Part shown: positions 28,920-38,299 of the stretch, piece after piece
Numbering within the stretch: position 1 is the stretch's first letter
Layout: every line of letters starts with the position of its first letter
DNA from: a virus
Lineage: Duplodnaviria > Heunggongvirae > Uroviricota > Caudoviricetes
Length of the DNA: 64,000 nucleotides
IMG/VR virus record: IMGVR_UViG_3300032167_007519
Reading direction: 5' to 3' (one strand)
Made by a program: the position numbers and the translations under genes
The notes under the pieces: model-generated
What the model was told of the DNA's origin: nothing
Database searches by the model: none
Seen by the model: the letters and a program-made list of their open reading frames with translations, nothing else

Positions 28920-29486
28920 CTATAAAGTCATTTTTTGGTTGCGTGAAGCTTCGTCAAATTCTGCAATCTTGTTGGCTAAATCATATAAGCTAGAATCTCT
29001 ATGATTATATAGAATTAAGTCAACATTTTCAGAAATTCCATCAAAATCAATTTCATCCTGTTGGATACGTCTATCAATTTCTTTTGGATTGTCTCCTCGT
29101 TTTGCTAAACGTTCTCTGGCAGTTAATTCATCCGAATCTAATAATACAGTAATTGCATGTTCCGGAAGCAGTTTTTGAATATCTCTAAACCCAGCAGGAG
29201 TTAAAATAATAATGTCATTTTCTTTCGCTTCTAAAATAGATTCCATAGAACATCCATATCTCCAAACGCCATGAACGGTATCGTAAGCTTTATGTTCTGC
29301 AAAAAATCCTTCGTTTACTTTTTTACAAAAATCATCTTCTGAGGTATAATGATATGTTTTTCCGGCAATTTCTCCCGGACGCATTGGTCTGGTAGTGTAA
29401 GTAGGGATTTTTTCATATCCCATAGTAAGTAAAATATTTTGGACCGTATCTTTTCCTCTTGCTGTTTTCCCAAGCAAAATAATCAT
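28920..29486 (-). CDS. Guanylate kinase-like protein
   Basis: TYTTRPMRPGEIAGKTYHYTSEDDF matches the GMP-kinase signature TTR.PR.GE.DG.DY.FV. The N-terminal P-loop is LLGKTARGKDT. Confidence 0.6.
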   Translation of the reverse strand: MIILLGKTARGKDTVQNILLTMGYEKIPTYTTRPMRPGEIAGKTYHYTSEDDFCKKVNEGFFAEHKAYDTVHGVWRYGCSMESILEAKENDIIILTPAGFRDIQKLLPEHAITVLLDSDELTARERLAKRGDNPKEIDRRIQQDEIDFDGISENVDLILYNHRDSSLYDLANKIAEFDEASRNQKMTL

Positions 29487-29527
29487 AATTACCTCTTAAT
29501 ATATTGAAAGTTCTTTTTATTCTCTTA

Positions 29528-29552
29528 CTTATTAGACAACTTTTGGTTTAAG
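29528..29552 (-). promoter_or_regulatory. Motif copy 6 (variant TAGACA)
   Basis: cttattagacaacttttggtttaag + aagtcgg. Confidence 0.55.
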
Positions 29553-29724
29553 AAGTCGGGAGGCAGGATATATCACATTTTTCACAAATAAATTCATCCA
29601 ATATCTCATCATAGCGATAGTTTTTATTATCATTCGTCCTCTTATAACCTGTTTCAGTATCTGTCTCGGTAAATAAATAGGTTCCACATTTCGTACAATG
29701 GATATGATTGATGTCTCCAAGCAT
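29548..29724 (-). CDS. Small C4 zinc-ribbon protein (58 aa). Re-called with an ATG start in place of track ORF 29532..29720.
   Basis: AGGAGAATACAAC ATG, then MLGDINHIHCTKCGTYLF...ICEKCDISC. The stop falls inside the promoter motif. The track ORF uses a TTG start in another frame. Confidence 0.45.
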   Translation of the reverse strand: MLGDINHIHCTKCGTYLFTETDTETGYKRTNDNKNYRYDEILDEFICEKCDISCLPTS

Positions 29725-29751
29725 GTTGTATTCTCCTATTAAGCAATATTT

Positions 29752-29955
29752 TTAGTCATGTTTCAAAGCTTCTAAGACTAACTCATAAGCTTTAATTAAA
29801 CGTGGTCTTGGTAAATTCACTCTTTCTGCATTTGTTTTTGCTTCGTGATATTTCTTTATTGGTTCAGATAAAATAAAAATGGCATCTTCCAATGTCATAT
29901 CTTTCATATCTTCATAGGTGGCATGTAAGCATTCTTCTCCATTTCGGTAATTCAT
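29752..29955 (-). CDS. Hypothetical protein (67 aa)
   Basis: ORF. Confidence 0.4.
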   Translation of the reverse strand: MNYRNGEECLHATYEDMKDMTLEDAIFILSEPIKKYHEAKTNAERVNLPRPRLIKAYELVLEALKHD

Positions 29956-30045
29956 AGATAAAAATCTCCTTTTTGCATAATTTTAAAGCTATGTATAAAG
30001 CAATCATATCTAACACCTAGTTTCTTATCAGTTATAATTCTAGCA

Positions 30046-30267
30046 TCATTCAACTTTATATGGGTTTCCAACAGGAATTCCACATAAAGTGTCTTGTCTC
30101 ATAGTAACTTCCACAACTTTCATTTCTGATACAAGAGGAACAGATACATCACAGCATTCGCAATCGTCTCCCCATCTCTCACAAGTTTCACATGGATTAT
30201 CATAACCTTCCATTACACGAGTAGTACCTTCGACTGGCACAACTCTTACCTCTTTCCATTCAAACAT
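30046..30267 (-). CDS. Small Cys-rich protein (73 aa)
   Basis: CETCERWGDDCECCD. Confidence 0.45.
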   Translation of the reverse strand: MFEWKEVRVVPVEGTTRVMEGYDNPCETCERWGDDCECCDVSVPLVSEMKVVEVTMRQDTLCGIPVGNPYKVE

Positions 30268-30301
30268 GATACGACACCTCCATAAAATCCTGCATCTATC
30301 A

Positions 30302-30457
30302 CTATTCTTTCGTCAACTCATCATGAACTGGAATATCTTCAACCATGCTGAGGATTCTTGCTTTATCATAAGAATCAGAAAATCCATTAGGGGAATTAGG
30401 TAAATCATTTATGGCTTTTATTAAATCTTCAAGATAAATTACTTTCTTCTTTTTCAT
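30302..30457 (-). CDS. Small protein (51 aa) below the ORF-track cutoff
   Basis: Strong RBS GGAGGAATTGAA ATG, then MKKKKVIYLEDLIKAINDLPNSPNGF... Confidence 0.4.
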   Translation of the reverse strand: MKKKKVIYLEDLIKAINDLPNSPNGFSDSYDKARILSMVEDIPVHDELTKE

Positions 30458-30492
30458 TTCAATTCCTCCTTTGAAATCACTCTTTAATTGCC

Positions 30493-31023
30493 TTATGCTA
30501 CGATTTTAATATATCCATCTTTAATTAAGGAAATCATATCCATCGTGTAATAGTCGTCACTACTTGCAACAGTATCGTCTGCTTCTATCGGGACAAGAGT
30601 CAACTTGTAATTGTTTTTGACTTCTCTATTATATCTTTCTTCAATTCTACATACGGTATCTTTGGTCTTTTTTCCGTCTAATAAAGAAATTCCAAAGCCT
30701 CTTACCGATACAATATTGAGTGGAACAAGAAACTTTACATTTTCAATGCCGTCAGAAAGAATTGCCTGACATAAATCATCAGATGTTACCCATTCGTTTC
30801 TTTCGATTTTTTCTTTTAGTTCCTTCATGGAAGTTCTAATCCAATCCTTAAGATAAATTTTATTCTTATTCCATGTAAAGAACTTTCCATGTTCATCTTC
30901 ACGAATAGTTCTGTCATAAGTTTTCTTTGTCTTATTGTCAGTTACGGTTACTTCCGGATGGAAATCATCGTTCCATACCCATACTCTGATTACTTCATTT
31001 CCACAAGCATAGTTATAATTCAT
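30493..31023 (-). CDS. Hypothetical protein (176 aa)
   Basis: ORF with promoter motif 31091-31113 upstream. Confidence 0.5.
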   Translation of the reverse strand: MNYNYACGNEVIRVWVWNDDFHPEVTVTDNKTKKTYDRTIREDEHGKFFTWNKNKIYLKDWIRTSMKELKEKIERNEWVTSDDLCQAILSDGIENVKFLVPLNIVSVRGFGISLLDGKKTKDTVCRIEERYNREVKNNYKLTLVPIEADDTVASSDDYYTMDMISLIKDGYIKIVA

Positions 31024-31090
31024 ATTTTTCTCCTTAATAGTATCTTTTAAAAATAATAGCTATTTATATTGGCTTATCTTTCCTCTTATA

Positions 31091-31113
31091 TATTAGCTAT
31101 TATTTGGTTTAAG
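31091..31113 (-). promoter_or_regulatory. Motif copy 7
   Basis: tattagctattatttggtttaag + ttttagg. Confidence 0.55.
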
Positions 31114-31131
31114 TTTTAGGCAAAACACAAC

Positions 31132-31168
31132 TATAAAAAGAGCACCGTCATTGTTTTGACAGTGCTCC
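31132..31168 (-). terminator. Intrinsic terminator (minus strand) after flotillin gene
   Basis: GAGCACCGTCA-TTGTTT-TGACAGTGCTC, then UUUUUAU on the minus strand. Confidence 0.6.
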
Positions 31169-31199
31169 TTTAAAATCACATCTTAACTTATGTATTTCA

Positions 31200-32786
31200 C
31201 TACTTTGTAGCTTCAGAAGAGTTGTCGGCTAACTTACCACCGATAAATCCGGCAAGTAAAGACTTTAAGTCGATGCCTAAAGACTCGTTTAAACCTTCGG
31301 AAATCTGTGTGGTAGTAGACATAATGTTGCCAGCTAACTGACTGGAATCATTACCAAGCATTACAATCTTATCTACACCCTTATAACCTTCACCAACAGC
31401 TCTTGCAATTTCCGGTAACTGTTCGAAGTAAAGCTTTAAGGCTTCAATCTGCATGTCCATCTTCGCCGCATCTTCATACTGCTTCATGGCTTCTGCCTTC
31501 TTTAAGAGACCTTCTGCTTCCGCCTCTGCCTTTGCCTGAATAGCTGCGGCTTCTGCCTCACCCTTTGCTTTTGCGGCTTCTGCTTCTGCAATACCCTGAG
31601 CCTTAATCGCATCGGCAAGTGCTTTCTGTGCGGCAGCCTGCTGTTCTGCTTCAAACTTTTCTGCTTCTGCTTTCTTCATTCTTTCAAAAAGTTCTGCTTC
31701 AGATGCCTTCTGAGTTGCATAAAGCTCGGTATCTGCCTTCTGCTGTGCAGCATACTTCTCAGCATCTGCCTTCTTCTTGATTTCAGCTTCGAGAGCACGT
31801 TCAGTCAGTTCAACTTCCTTCTGCTTTAAGAGAATTGCCTTTTCCTGACGGGCAAGGTTTGCTTCTGCAGTAGCAATTTCGATGGTCTTACGTTCTGTTT
31901 CCTGCTGAATCTGATAGGAAGCATCAGCGATAGCCTGCTTGGTGTCAGCATCCTTCTGGAGCTCTGCCTTCTTGATGGCAAGTTCATTTTCCTTCTGGGC
32001 AATCTGAGTGTTTGCTTCAATTTCAGCTTCCTTAGCGGCCTGCTGTGCATTTGCTCGAATAATTGCCTTTTCCTTTTCTGCGTTTGCCTTTGCATTTTCA
32101 ATCGCAAGAGCAGCCTGAATCTGTGCATCATTGGATTCCTTTGCGGCATTTGCCTGTGCTACGGCAATTTCCTTTTCACTGACTGCACGGGAAATAGCTG
32201 CAGACTTCTGAATCTTTACAATGTTATCTACACCAAGGTTTTCAATAACACCATTTTCATCTACAAAGTTCTGCACATTAAAACTTACTAAGGCAAGACC
32301 CATCGCTCTAAGGTCTGGTTCTGCATTTTCCTTTACCTTTTCTGCAAAGGCCTGACGGTCACTAACCATCTGTTCCAGTCGCATCTGACCTACAATTTCA
32401 CGAATATTACCTTCCAATAACTGCTGGGCAATATGAGAAATATAATCGGTATTCTGATTTAAGAAGTTCTGTGCGGCAACCTTTAATAATTCTGCGTCAT
32501 CACTAATCTTTACATTGACTACTGCATCAACCATAATATTGATGTAGTCGGCAGTTGGTACAGAACTGGAAGTCTTAACGTCAATCGGGATAATCTGAAG
32601 ATTTAATTCATCCTTCTTTTCTAAGAACGGAATCTTAATACCAGCCTTACCGATTAAAACCTTCGGTTCCTTCTTTAAACCAGAAATGATGTACGCTGTA
32701 TCCGGAGATGCCTTTACATAGCCAGATGCAAATAAAAGTACGGTTAACACAACAATAATTCCAAGAATAACTAAAGTCATTGGCAT
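31200..32786 (-). CDS. Flotillin-like SPFH (band 7) protein with a long A/E/K coiled-coil region
   Basis: N-terminal membrane helix, SPFH core, then an ~200-aa AEAK-rich coiled coil and a C-terminal tail, the layout typical of FloT/YqiK. Confidence 0.7.
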   Translation of the reverse strand: MPMTLVILGIIVVLTVLLFASGYVKASPDTAYIISGLKKEPKVLIGKAGIKIPFLEKKDELNLQIIPIDVKTSSSVPTADYINIMVDAVVNVKISDDAELLKVAAQNFLNQNTDYISHIAQQLLEGNIREIVGQMRLEQMVSDRQAFAEKVKENAEPDLRAMGLALVSFNVQNFVDENGVIENLGVDNIVKIQKSAAISRAVSEKEIAVAQANAAKESNDAQIQAALAIENAKANAEKEKAIIRANAQQAAKEAEIEANTQIAQKENELAIKKAELQKDADTKQAIADASYQIQQETERKTIEIATAEANLARQEKAILLKQKEVELTERALEAEIKKKADAEKYAAQQKADTELYATQKASEAELFERMKKAEAEKFEAEQQAAAQKALADAIKAQGIAEAEAAKAKGEAEAAAIQAKAEAEAEGLLKKAEAMKQYEDAAKMDMQIEALKLYFEQLPEIARAVGEGYKGVDKIVMLGNDSSQLAGNIMSTTTQISEGLNESLGIDLKSLLAGFIGGKLADNSSEATK

Positions 32787-32824
32787 AATTTTTTCCTCCT
32801 AATGGGTGTTTTAAAAGTGTAGGG

Positions 32825-33064
32825 TTACTTAATTGCAAACCGGGAAAGTTCACTGAATAATTTTGCGACTTCAGGTCCCGACTCTTTTGTGGTGATAATT
32901 ACTGGCTTACTTAACTTTAAAGAGAAGATACCCATAATAGACTTTGCATCAATGACATAATGGTCATCAAAACTGCGAATATCAATGTCAAAATCATACT
33001 TGGATGTAATTTTTACAAACTCTTCTACTTCTTCATACGGTAACTTGATACGTAACGTATTCAT
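32825..33064 (-). CDS. Hypothetical protein (79 aa) upstream of flotillin. An NfeD-like beta-domain is a possibility.
   Basis: Positioned like the NfeD partner of flotillin. No family signature seen. Confidence 0.4.
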   Translation of the reverse strand: MNTLRIKLPYEEVEEFVKITSKYDFDIDIRSFDDHYVIDAKSIMGIFSLKLSKPVIITTKESGPEVAKLFSELSRFAIK

Positions 33065-33081
33065 AATTTTATCCTCCTTTG

Positions 33082-33516
33082 CTAATTGATATATTCTTTC
33101 ACAGTTTCCTGTGCAAGTTTTCCATCACATAGAGCTCCAAAATGACCCTTTAAGGTCTTCATGCAAATGCCCATATTCTTTTCTACAGAAAGAGCCGTAA
33201 GATACTCTAACATATCTTCTTTTGATGCCATTGCCGGAAGTAATGCCTTTGCATAGGCAATCGCAGACATGGTATCTTCATAGCGATATCCACCAGTTTC
33301 CTTATTCAGATATTCCAAAACATCTTCTAACTGCTTTAGCTCTTTCTTTACGGCATCATAAATAAGTTCATCTGATAATACGTCAATTCGCTTATCTTTT
33401 GCTGTCTTCTGTGCCTTTTCTAAAATGTTCTTATAAGTCTGGTAACGAGTACTATTACCAGTTTCTTTTCGCTCAATCATTGCTTCCTTAATGAGCGCAC
33501 GTAACTTCTTCTCCAT
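33082..33516 (-). CDS. GatB/YqeY-domain protein
   Basis: The C-terminal KNMGICMKTLKGHFGALCDGKLAQETVKEYI parallels YqeY [29 protein letters not shown]. Confidence 0.6.
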   Translation of the reverse strand: MEKKLRALIKEAMIERKETGNSTRYQTYKNILEKAQKTAKDKRIDVLSDELIYDAVKKELKQLEDVLEYLNKETGGYRYEDTMSAIAYAKALLPAMASKEDMLEYLTALSVEKNMGICMKTLKGHFGALCDGKLAQETVKEYIN

Positions 33517-33542
33517 AAGAGAAAAACCTCCTTTTCTTTCGG

Positions 33543-34340
33543 TTATTCCATATCTATATTGATTTCATTTGATATGGATGGGATATAAATATCATAACTG
33601 TAATATTCATCTGAATAGGTATTATAATCAGTTTTATATTCTTTAAAATGTCGTATGATTACAAGCCTTGGGATACAATCCGGACCTTTTTCAAAAATGT
33701 TTACCAAATCTTTATTATAGATTAAACTATCAATTACGGTTTCTCCATTACTACCTTCATAGGCATAATACAGATTGTAATTATCAGAAATGTTTCCTTG
33801 AATATATCCGGAACCGAATGTCATTTTTCCATTTACAGAACCTGTGGTGGTATGACCATCGCCTAATGCTTTTAAATAAATTGTATTTTCCTCTACGGTA
33901 TATTCCATGGCTTTGAATTGAGTCTTATCAATTTCTTCATGTAACAGAGGAACTGTAATACAACAAAATACAACAAAAAGCGCTGTTAAAACGAGACTAT
34001 GTATTGCTGGAAAATGGTCAATGCATAAATCGTTGATAGAGACAAATGTCACTAAAACACAGGGGACAATATATATGATTGCACAGATTTTAAAAGCTTC
34101 ATAAGTTCCATAGCTCTCAATTGTTTCAAAGTCTTTTTCAAAAATCCAGACTCCCAGTATGTTTTTTATGATTACCAGATAAATGGTTTCAATTGCATAG
34201 TCTAAAAGCAATAAGATGGAAAACAATCCAATTTCTTTTTTGAGGTTTCCACTTCCCCAACCACCACCAGCTTCGTTTAATCCTAACATAATGCCTTCGA
34301 AGATAAGAGGCATAAGGATGAAAAATAAAAGTCTACTCAT
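33543..34340 (-). CDS. Polytopic membrane protein (265 aa)
   Basis: Several hydrophobic segments. Confidence 0.5.
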   Translation of the reverse strand: MSRLLFFILMPLIFEGIMLGLNEAGGGWGSGNLKKEIGLFSILLLLDYAIETIYLVIIKNILGVWIFEKDFETIESYGTYEAFKICAIIYIVPCVLVTFVSINDLCIDHFPAIHSLVLTALFVVFCCITVPLLHEEIDKTQFKAMEYTVEENTIYLKALGDGHTTTGSVNGKMTFGSGYIQGNISDNYNLYYAYEGSNGETVIDSLIYNKDLVNIFEKGPDCIPRLVIIRHFKEYKTDYNTYSDEYYSYDIYIPSISNEINIDME

Positions 34341-34342
34341 TT

Positions 34343-34591
34343 TTATTCTCCTTCTTCTTTATAGGCTCGATACTCAGGTAAATATACTTTGCCTGTCGTG
34401 AAAAGCTCTTTAAAAGCAGTTATAGCTTCTGACTGTGTTTTTAAAGAGATACGCAAAGATACATATCGACGTTCTCCGTGTGTCCAAGTCTTTGCAGGAG
34501 CATAAAAAACTAAGTCTGAATTATCTTGACTGATTCGGTCAATTTCGTAAATGGTAGGAATTCCGTTTTCGTTGTTTGTAAGAATAAGCAT
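34343..34591 (-). CDS. Hypothetical protein (82 aa)
   Basis: ORF. Confidence 0.45.
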   Translation of the reverse strand: MLILTNNENGIPTIYEIDRISQDNSDLVFYAPAKTWTHGERRYVSLRISLKTQSEAITAFKELFTTGKVYLPEYRAYKEEGE

Positions 34592-34629
34592 AGTGTTTTC
34601 TCCTTATACAAGGCCTTGAAATTATTTTA

Positions 34630-35157
34630 TTACTGAGAGTCAAGAGCATATTCCATAGAGATACTTCCTTCCGGAATATAGAAAATATAGTAATCAGTAC
34701 TAATAGCTTCTTCGAGAGAAGGAGCAAAAATGTTCCACCAACCATGACGCTGATAATTACAATATTGCTCTACTCGTGGAGATTCTTCTGTAAACTGAAA
34801 ATAAGCATCGTCAGAATAGAATTTCTTTGTCTCTTTATATAAGCCTTTTTCTGATTCAACCCAGTAAGTATAAGTACAACTGGAAGAAGAATTTGTTTTG
34901 CAGGATAGGTAGTAATTATCCGTTAAACTATGTAATGGATAAGTTTCAGATAATCGGCTTTCTGTAGGAATCACTAACAATCCAAAAATAAAATAGATAC
35001 AAACGAACAACAATATTGTGATTACAACACTTCCACCAGCTAAAAGTGCAATGCCTTCGATTTTTTCTTTTTTATCATAGGTTTTAAATTCTTTTCTCAA
35101 CCATAATGTAAAGATTGTAAAAATAAGAATAGCTATAATAGCATAGGTGATAAACAT
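34630..35157 (-). CDS. Membrane protein (175 aa)
   Basis: Two N-terminal TM helices. Confidence 0.5.
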   Translation of the reverse strand: MFITYAIIAILIFTIFTLWLRKEFKTYDKKEKIEGIALLAGGSVVITILLFVCIYFIFGLLVIPTESRLSETYPLHSLTDNYYLSCKTNSSSSCTYTYWVESEKGLYKETKKFYSDDAYFQFTEESPRVEQYCNYQRHGWWNIFAPSLEEAISTDYYIFYIPEGSISMEYALDSQ

Positions 35158-35190
35158 GATTTAATTCCTCATTCTTTCTGGGAGGGGAGA

Positions 35191-36219
35191 TTATTCCTCT
35201 CCCCTTGTGTATTCAGGTGTTTCTGTTACTAATTTTGTAATATCCATAAAAGTATTGCCAGCTTCGCCCATGACAATTGGTAAATCTCCACTCCACTTTT
35301 CGTACATCAACATCTGAATCAGTTCCGGAGTAAGAGATTCTGCAATCTTTCGATTAGCCTCTGCTTCGGCTTCTGCCTGAATCTTTAATACTTCCGCTTC
35401 TGCTTCTGCAGCAATCTTGATAGATTTAGCAGCAGCTTCCGCCTTTGCAATCTCTACTTCATTTAAGTTCTGCTGTGTTGTTAATAACTGCTCGGAACTA
35501 AACTTTTCATCAATTGCCTTCTGAATAGCATCATTTTCATAAGAAATACCTTCCTTCATACCAAGGACAGTAATGGTAACGCCATATTCTTCAAAATGAG
35601 CTTTTACATTAGTGACAACTTCATTCATGATAGAACTCTTATTCGCCTGTAAGTCAGCAATATTATACTTGCCAACGGCTTTATTGAATTCATCTTCTAC
35701 CATGGCTCTAATATCTTTATCGATAACAGTCTCTAAGGAGGTATTGTTATATCGATATAAGAACTTTGTAGCATTTGCTTCTTCAATCTGAGCACTACAA
35801 TTCATACCGACGAAAATTCCAATACCATCTAAAGATTCTCCAAAAATGGCATTATTGGCTGTAGAAGTTGCATCAGTTGTCGATACCCATTCTCTGGTAA
35901 CTGGCTTACGTTCTACTACAATTAACTTAGCTGATGGTCTCCAGTCACCAGTACTTGCCATTCGACCAGTCTGTACCCAACGGTGAGGAATCTGAATTTC
36001 TTTTGTCGCTACTTTTGCCTGTTCTAACAGTTCTTCAGAAGCAAAGCTTGCCTGTCCTTCGGTATCTCCTACCAATGGTACTAAAAACGCTGTCTGACTA
36101 GCTTCAATTGTTACAAATTCCGGGGTGTCGTAAGGCTTAATACAGCCACCCAATCCCATTAAACTCATTACTACAATCGCTAATAATAAAATTCTCTTAC
36201 TTACTCGCATGTTCTTCAT
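35191..36219 (-). CDS. SPFH/band-7 domain lipoprotein. Start is probably MKNMRVSK..., not the upstream track start.
   Basis: GGAGAATAAAAATC ATG. Lipobox LMGLGGC. SPFH core and a C-terminal AEAEA coiled coil. Confidence 0.6.
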   Translation of the reverse strand: MKNMRVSKRILLLAIVVMSLMGLGGCIKPYDTPEFVTIEASQTAFLVPLVGDTEGQASFASEELLEQAKVATKEIQIPHRWVQTGRMASTGDWRPSAKLIVVERKPVTREWVSTTDATSTANNAIFGESLDGIGIFVGMNCSAQIEEANATKFLYRYNNTSLETVIDKDIRAMVEDEFNKAVGKYNIADLQANKSSIMNEVVTNVKAHFEEYGVTITVLGMKEGISYENDAIQKAIDEKFSSEQLLTTQQNLNEVEIAKAEAAAKSIKIAAEAEAEVLKIQAEAEAEANRKIAESLTPELIQMLMYEKWSGDLPIVMGEAGNTFMDITKLVTETPEYTRGEE

Positions 36220-36538
36220 GATTTTTATTCTCCTTTTCTTCAAAAGACCTCTGGTCCTTTTTTGTGAGCTTTTTTGTAATATACGCAATTTCTTTATGGA
36301 AAAAGGCTAATGCTGCAAACACATAGGCAAGCCAAATACCATTTCTAAAATAGGTATATATGGAAATCCAACTGCTACTTAAATCATCATTACCCATCTG
36401 TTGCATGGCTAAATTATTCATATAGATAGGTTCGACATAAGCTAATAACCCATTTCCTAAGAAAATTAGCACAATTAACAATAGGACTTTGACAATTGTC
36501 CATGTCTTATTCATTTGTTTCTCCTTCCTTATAAGCAT
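36197..36538 (-). CDS. Small membrane protein (113 aa)
   Basis: First ORF after promoter motif 36564-36587. Confidence 0.5.
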   Translation of the reverse strand: MLIRKEKQMNKTWTIVKVLLLIVLIFLGNGLLAYVEPIYMNNLAMQQMGNDDLSSSWISIYTYFRNGIWLAYVFAALAFFHKEIAYITKKLTKKDQRSFEEKENKNHEEHASK

Positions 36539-36563
36539 TTATAGTTTGTTATAATACTTACAC

Positions 36564-36587
36564 CTATTAGCTATAATTTGGTTTAAG
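36564..36587 (-). promoter_or_regulatory. Motif copy 8, heads the flotillin/SPFH operon
   Basis: ctattagctataatttggtttaag + ttttcgg. Confidence 0.6.
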
Positions 36588-36608
36588 TTTTCGGCAAATC
36601 GTCATAAT

Positions 36609-37061
36609 TTATCTAGCCATGGTTTCGTCAAGATAGTCGTTTAATTCTTCAAAATAGTTTTCATTTGGTGATTCTTGATGCTGGAATGTTTGAGTTGTTA
36701 ACATTTTTTTATTTTGAGTAGAAAATAGATTTGGTCGACTTAAAAAGTCTTCTACTATTTCTCCATCAATTTTAGCCACAGAATAAACCACATCTTCTGT
36801 TTGATAGGTTTCATCTTCTACATAACCGTCTTCAAAATCGAAATTGTCCGGAAGCCAAGTAATAGAAACAATAGCATAGGTTCGTTCAACACCAGCTTCT
36901 ACATATTTTCTGGCATTTGCAATTGCAACAAGCTTATTTGTTTCGTAATATTGTCCTTCATCATAAAAGCCGTATAAATTATTATAAACTTGAGAATAAG
37001 CTTCAAATTCTTCGTCTTCTGGAGATAATAAAACTCCTTCGTCAATTAAATACGCATTCAT
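36609..37061 (-). CDS. Hypothetical acidic protein (150 aa)
   Basis: ORF. Confidence 0.5.
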   Translation of the reverse strand: MNAYLIDEGVLLSPEDEEFEAYSQVYNNLYGFYDEGQYYETNKLVAIANARKYVEAGVERTYAIVSITWLPDNFDFEDGYVEDETYQTEDVVYSVAKIDGEIVEDFLSRPNLFSTQNKKMLTTQTFQHQESPNENYFEELNDYLDETMAR

Positions 37062-37075
37062 AGATGGCCTCCTTT

Positions 37076-37285
37076 TTATAATTTCACCTTTTTAATATGA
37101 CAAACATAAAGAGTAATACCAACAATCTTTCCGTTTTTCTTTACAAATTCGGAATTTGTATACTGACAGCCTGTTTTCTTCATCATTTTTGCAACGGCTG
37201 CTTTATCTTTTCCTTTTGCCAAATCATGTTCGGTATAGGTACCTACAAAATATCCTTTTCCTTCTACATACTTCATCATTGCCAC
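37076..37285 (-). CDS. Hypothetical small basic protein (69 aa)
   Basis: ORF. Confidence 0.4.
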   Translation of the reverse strand: MAMMKYVEGKGYFVGTYTEHDLAKGKDKAAVAKMMKKTGCQYTNSEFVKKNGKIVGITLYVCHIKKVKL

Positions 37286-37417
37286 CTCTTACCAACTTTA
37301 GTTTTATATTCTGCAAAATAAATTTCTTCTTTTTCTCCACAAAACGGACAAGGTAAAGCAAGTGGATTATTTTGAAATTCATTATTTTTAATAATTCTCA
37401 TATAACTGTCTCCTATA

Positions 37418-37879
37418 TTAAGAGATTTCCCATTTTCCGAAAGACCAGTTTTTATTACATAATGTATTTTCTCTAACCCATGTTTCTTTTTTGATTAGGT
37501 CTCCATTTTTATAAGTGTTTACAGTTGCCATATCGTTTTCTTTTGGATACAAATTTGCATATTTAGACATTTTTTTACGAAGTTCCTTGTAATCCGCAGC
37601 ATACACCGGTTCATATATATCATCAACAAACCCCTCATATACAATTTCAGAACGAGCAAACAAGGCAACTCTTTGCTTTTCTCTATTATTTTGTCTCACT
37701 GCCTCCTGTTTGTCTAAGTGTTTTGAATGAGCATGATGTATATCAGTTCTTACGGATAAGGAACGCATAAGTAATCGTTCCTCTTCTTTAGTTAATTCTC
37801 TTTCTTTTTTTAATTCACGAAAATAATCCATAACATCTCTTATGTATTTATCAAGTTTTTCATAAGCTTCTTGTTTCAT
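37418..37879 (-). CDS. Hypothetical protein (153 aa)
   Basis: ORF. Confidence 0.5.
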   Translation of the reverse strand: MKQEAYEKLDKYIRDVMDYFRELKKERELTKEEERLLMRSLSVRTDIHHAHSKHLDKQEAVRQNNREKQRVALFARSEIVYEGFVDDIYEPVYAADYKELRKKMSKYANLYPKENDMATVNTYKNGDLIKKETWVRENTLCNKNWSFGKWEIS

Positions 37880-37913
37880 AATTCGTTTTCCTTTTCAAAA
37901 CCAAATACAAATT

Positions 37914-38084
37914 TTATTCGTCGTCCGTATATAACACACAACAATAATGCCATACATTGTATACCTCGTTTCCACTCACAGCATACGAAATATTTTCAAT
38001 ATGGTGTGTTTTTGCAAAGTCGTTTATTCTATTCTGCAATACGATTATATTTTCACCCTGAATAAATTCGACCTTCTGTCTCAT
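37914..38084 (-). CDS. Small protein (56 aa) not in the ORF track
   Basis: GGAGGTTGAA ATG, then MRQKVEFIQGENIIVLQNRINDF... Coordinates within about 1 nt. Confidence 0.4.
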   Translation of the reverse strand: MRQKVEFIQGENIIVLQNRINDFAKTHHIENISYAVSGNEVYNVWHYCCVLYTDDE

Positions 38085-38093
38085 TTCAACCTC

Positions 38094-38264
38094 CTAATAG
38101 CCACAGTGTCCACAGTGACCTCCATGCCAAAACTCACTGTCTCCACACTCAGGGCAAGTATCTAAGTAATTACCTTCATCCAACTCTTCGAATTGAACAT
38201 TATTTGTCTTTGCCCATTCTTCGAAAGCAACAGCTTGTTCCCAATTGTCAATCTTATATAACAT
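38094..38264 (-). CDS. Small zinc-ribbon protein (56 aa) not in the ORF track
   Basis: GGAGGAGATAT ATG, then MLYKIDNWEQ...CPECGDSEFWHGGHCGHCGY. Confidence 0.45.
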   Translation of the reverse strand: MLYKIDNWEQAVAFEEWAKTNNVQFEELDEGNYLDTCPECGDSEFWHGGHCGHCGY

Positions 38265-38299
38265 ATATCTCCTCCTTATATAATAAAATGTTGGTTTGG

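Noticed and set aside
29532-29720. Track ORF METSIISIV... (62 aa)
   Set aside because: It starts at TTG and runs through the promoter motif. An ATG-initiated C4 zinc-ribbon frame with a strong SD (29548-29724) is more convincing.
10455-32149. Internal or overlapping minus-strand ORFs (10455-10637, 12475-12699, 16258-16491, 16928-17137, 22294-22482, 27706-27894, 31826-32149, 32647-32853, 34539-34745)
   Set aside because: They are alternative frames inside better ORFs, e.g. the basic R/K-rich frame inside the flotillin coiled-coil region. They have no independent signals.
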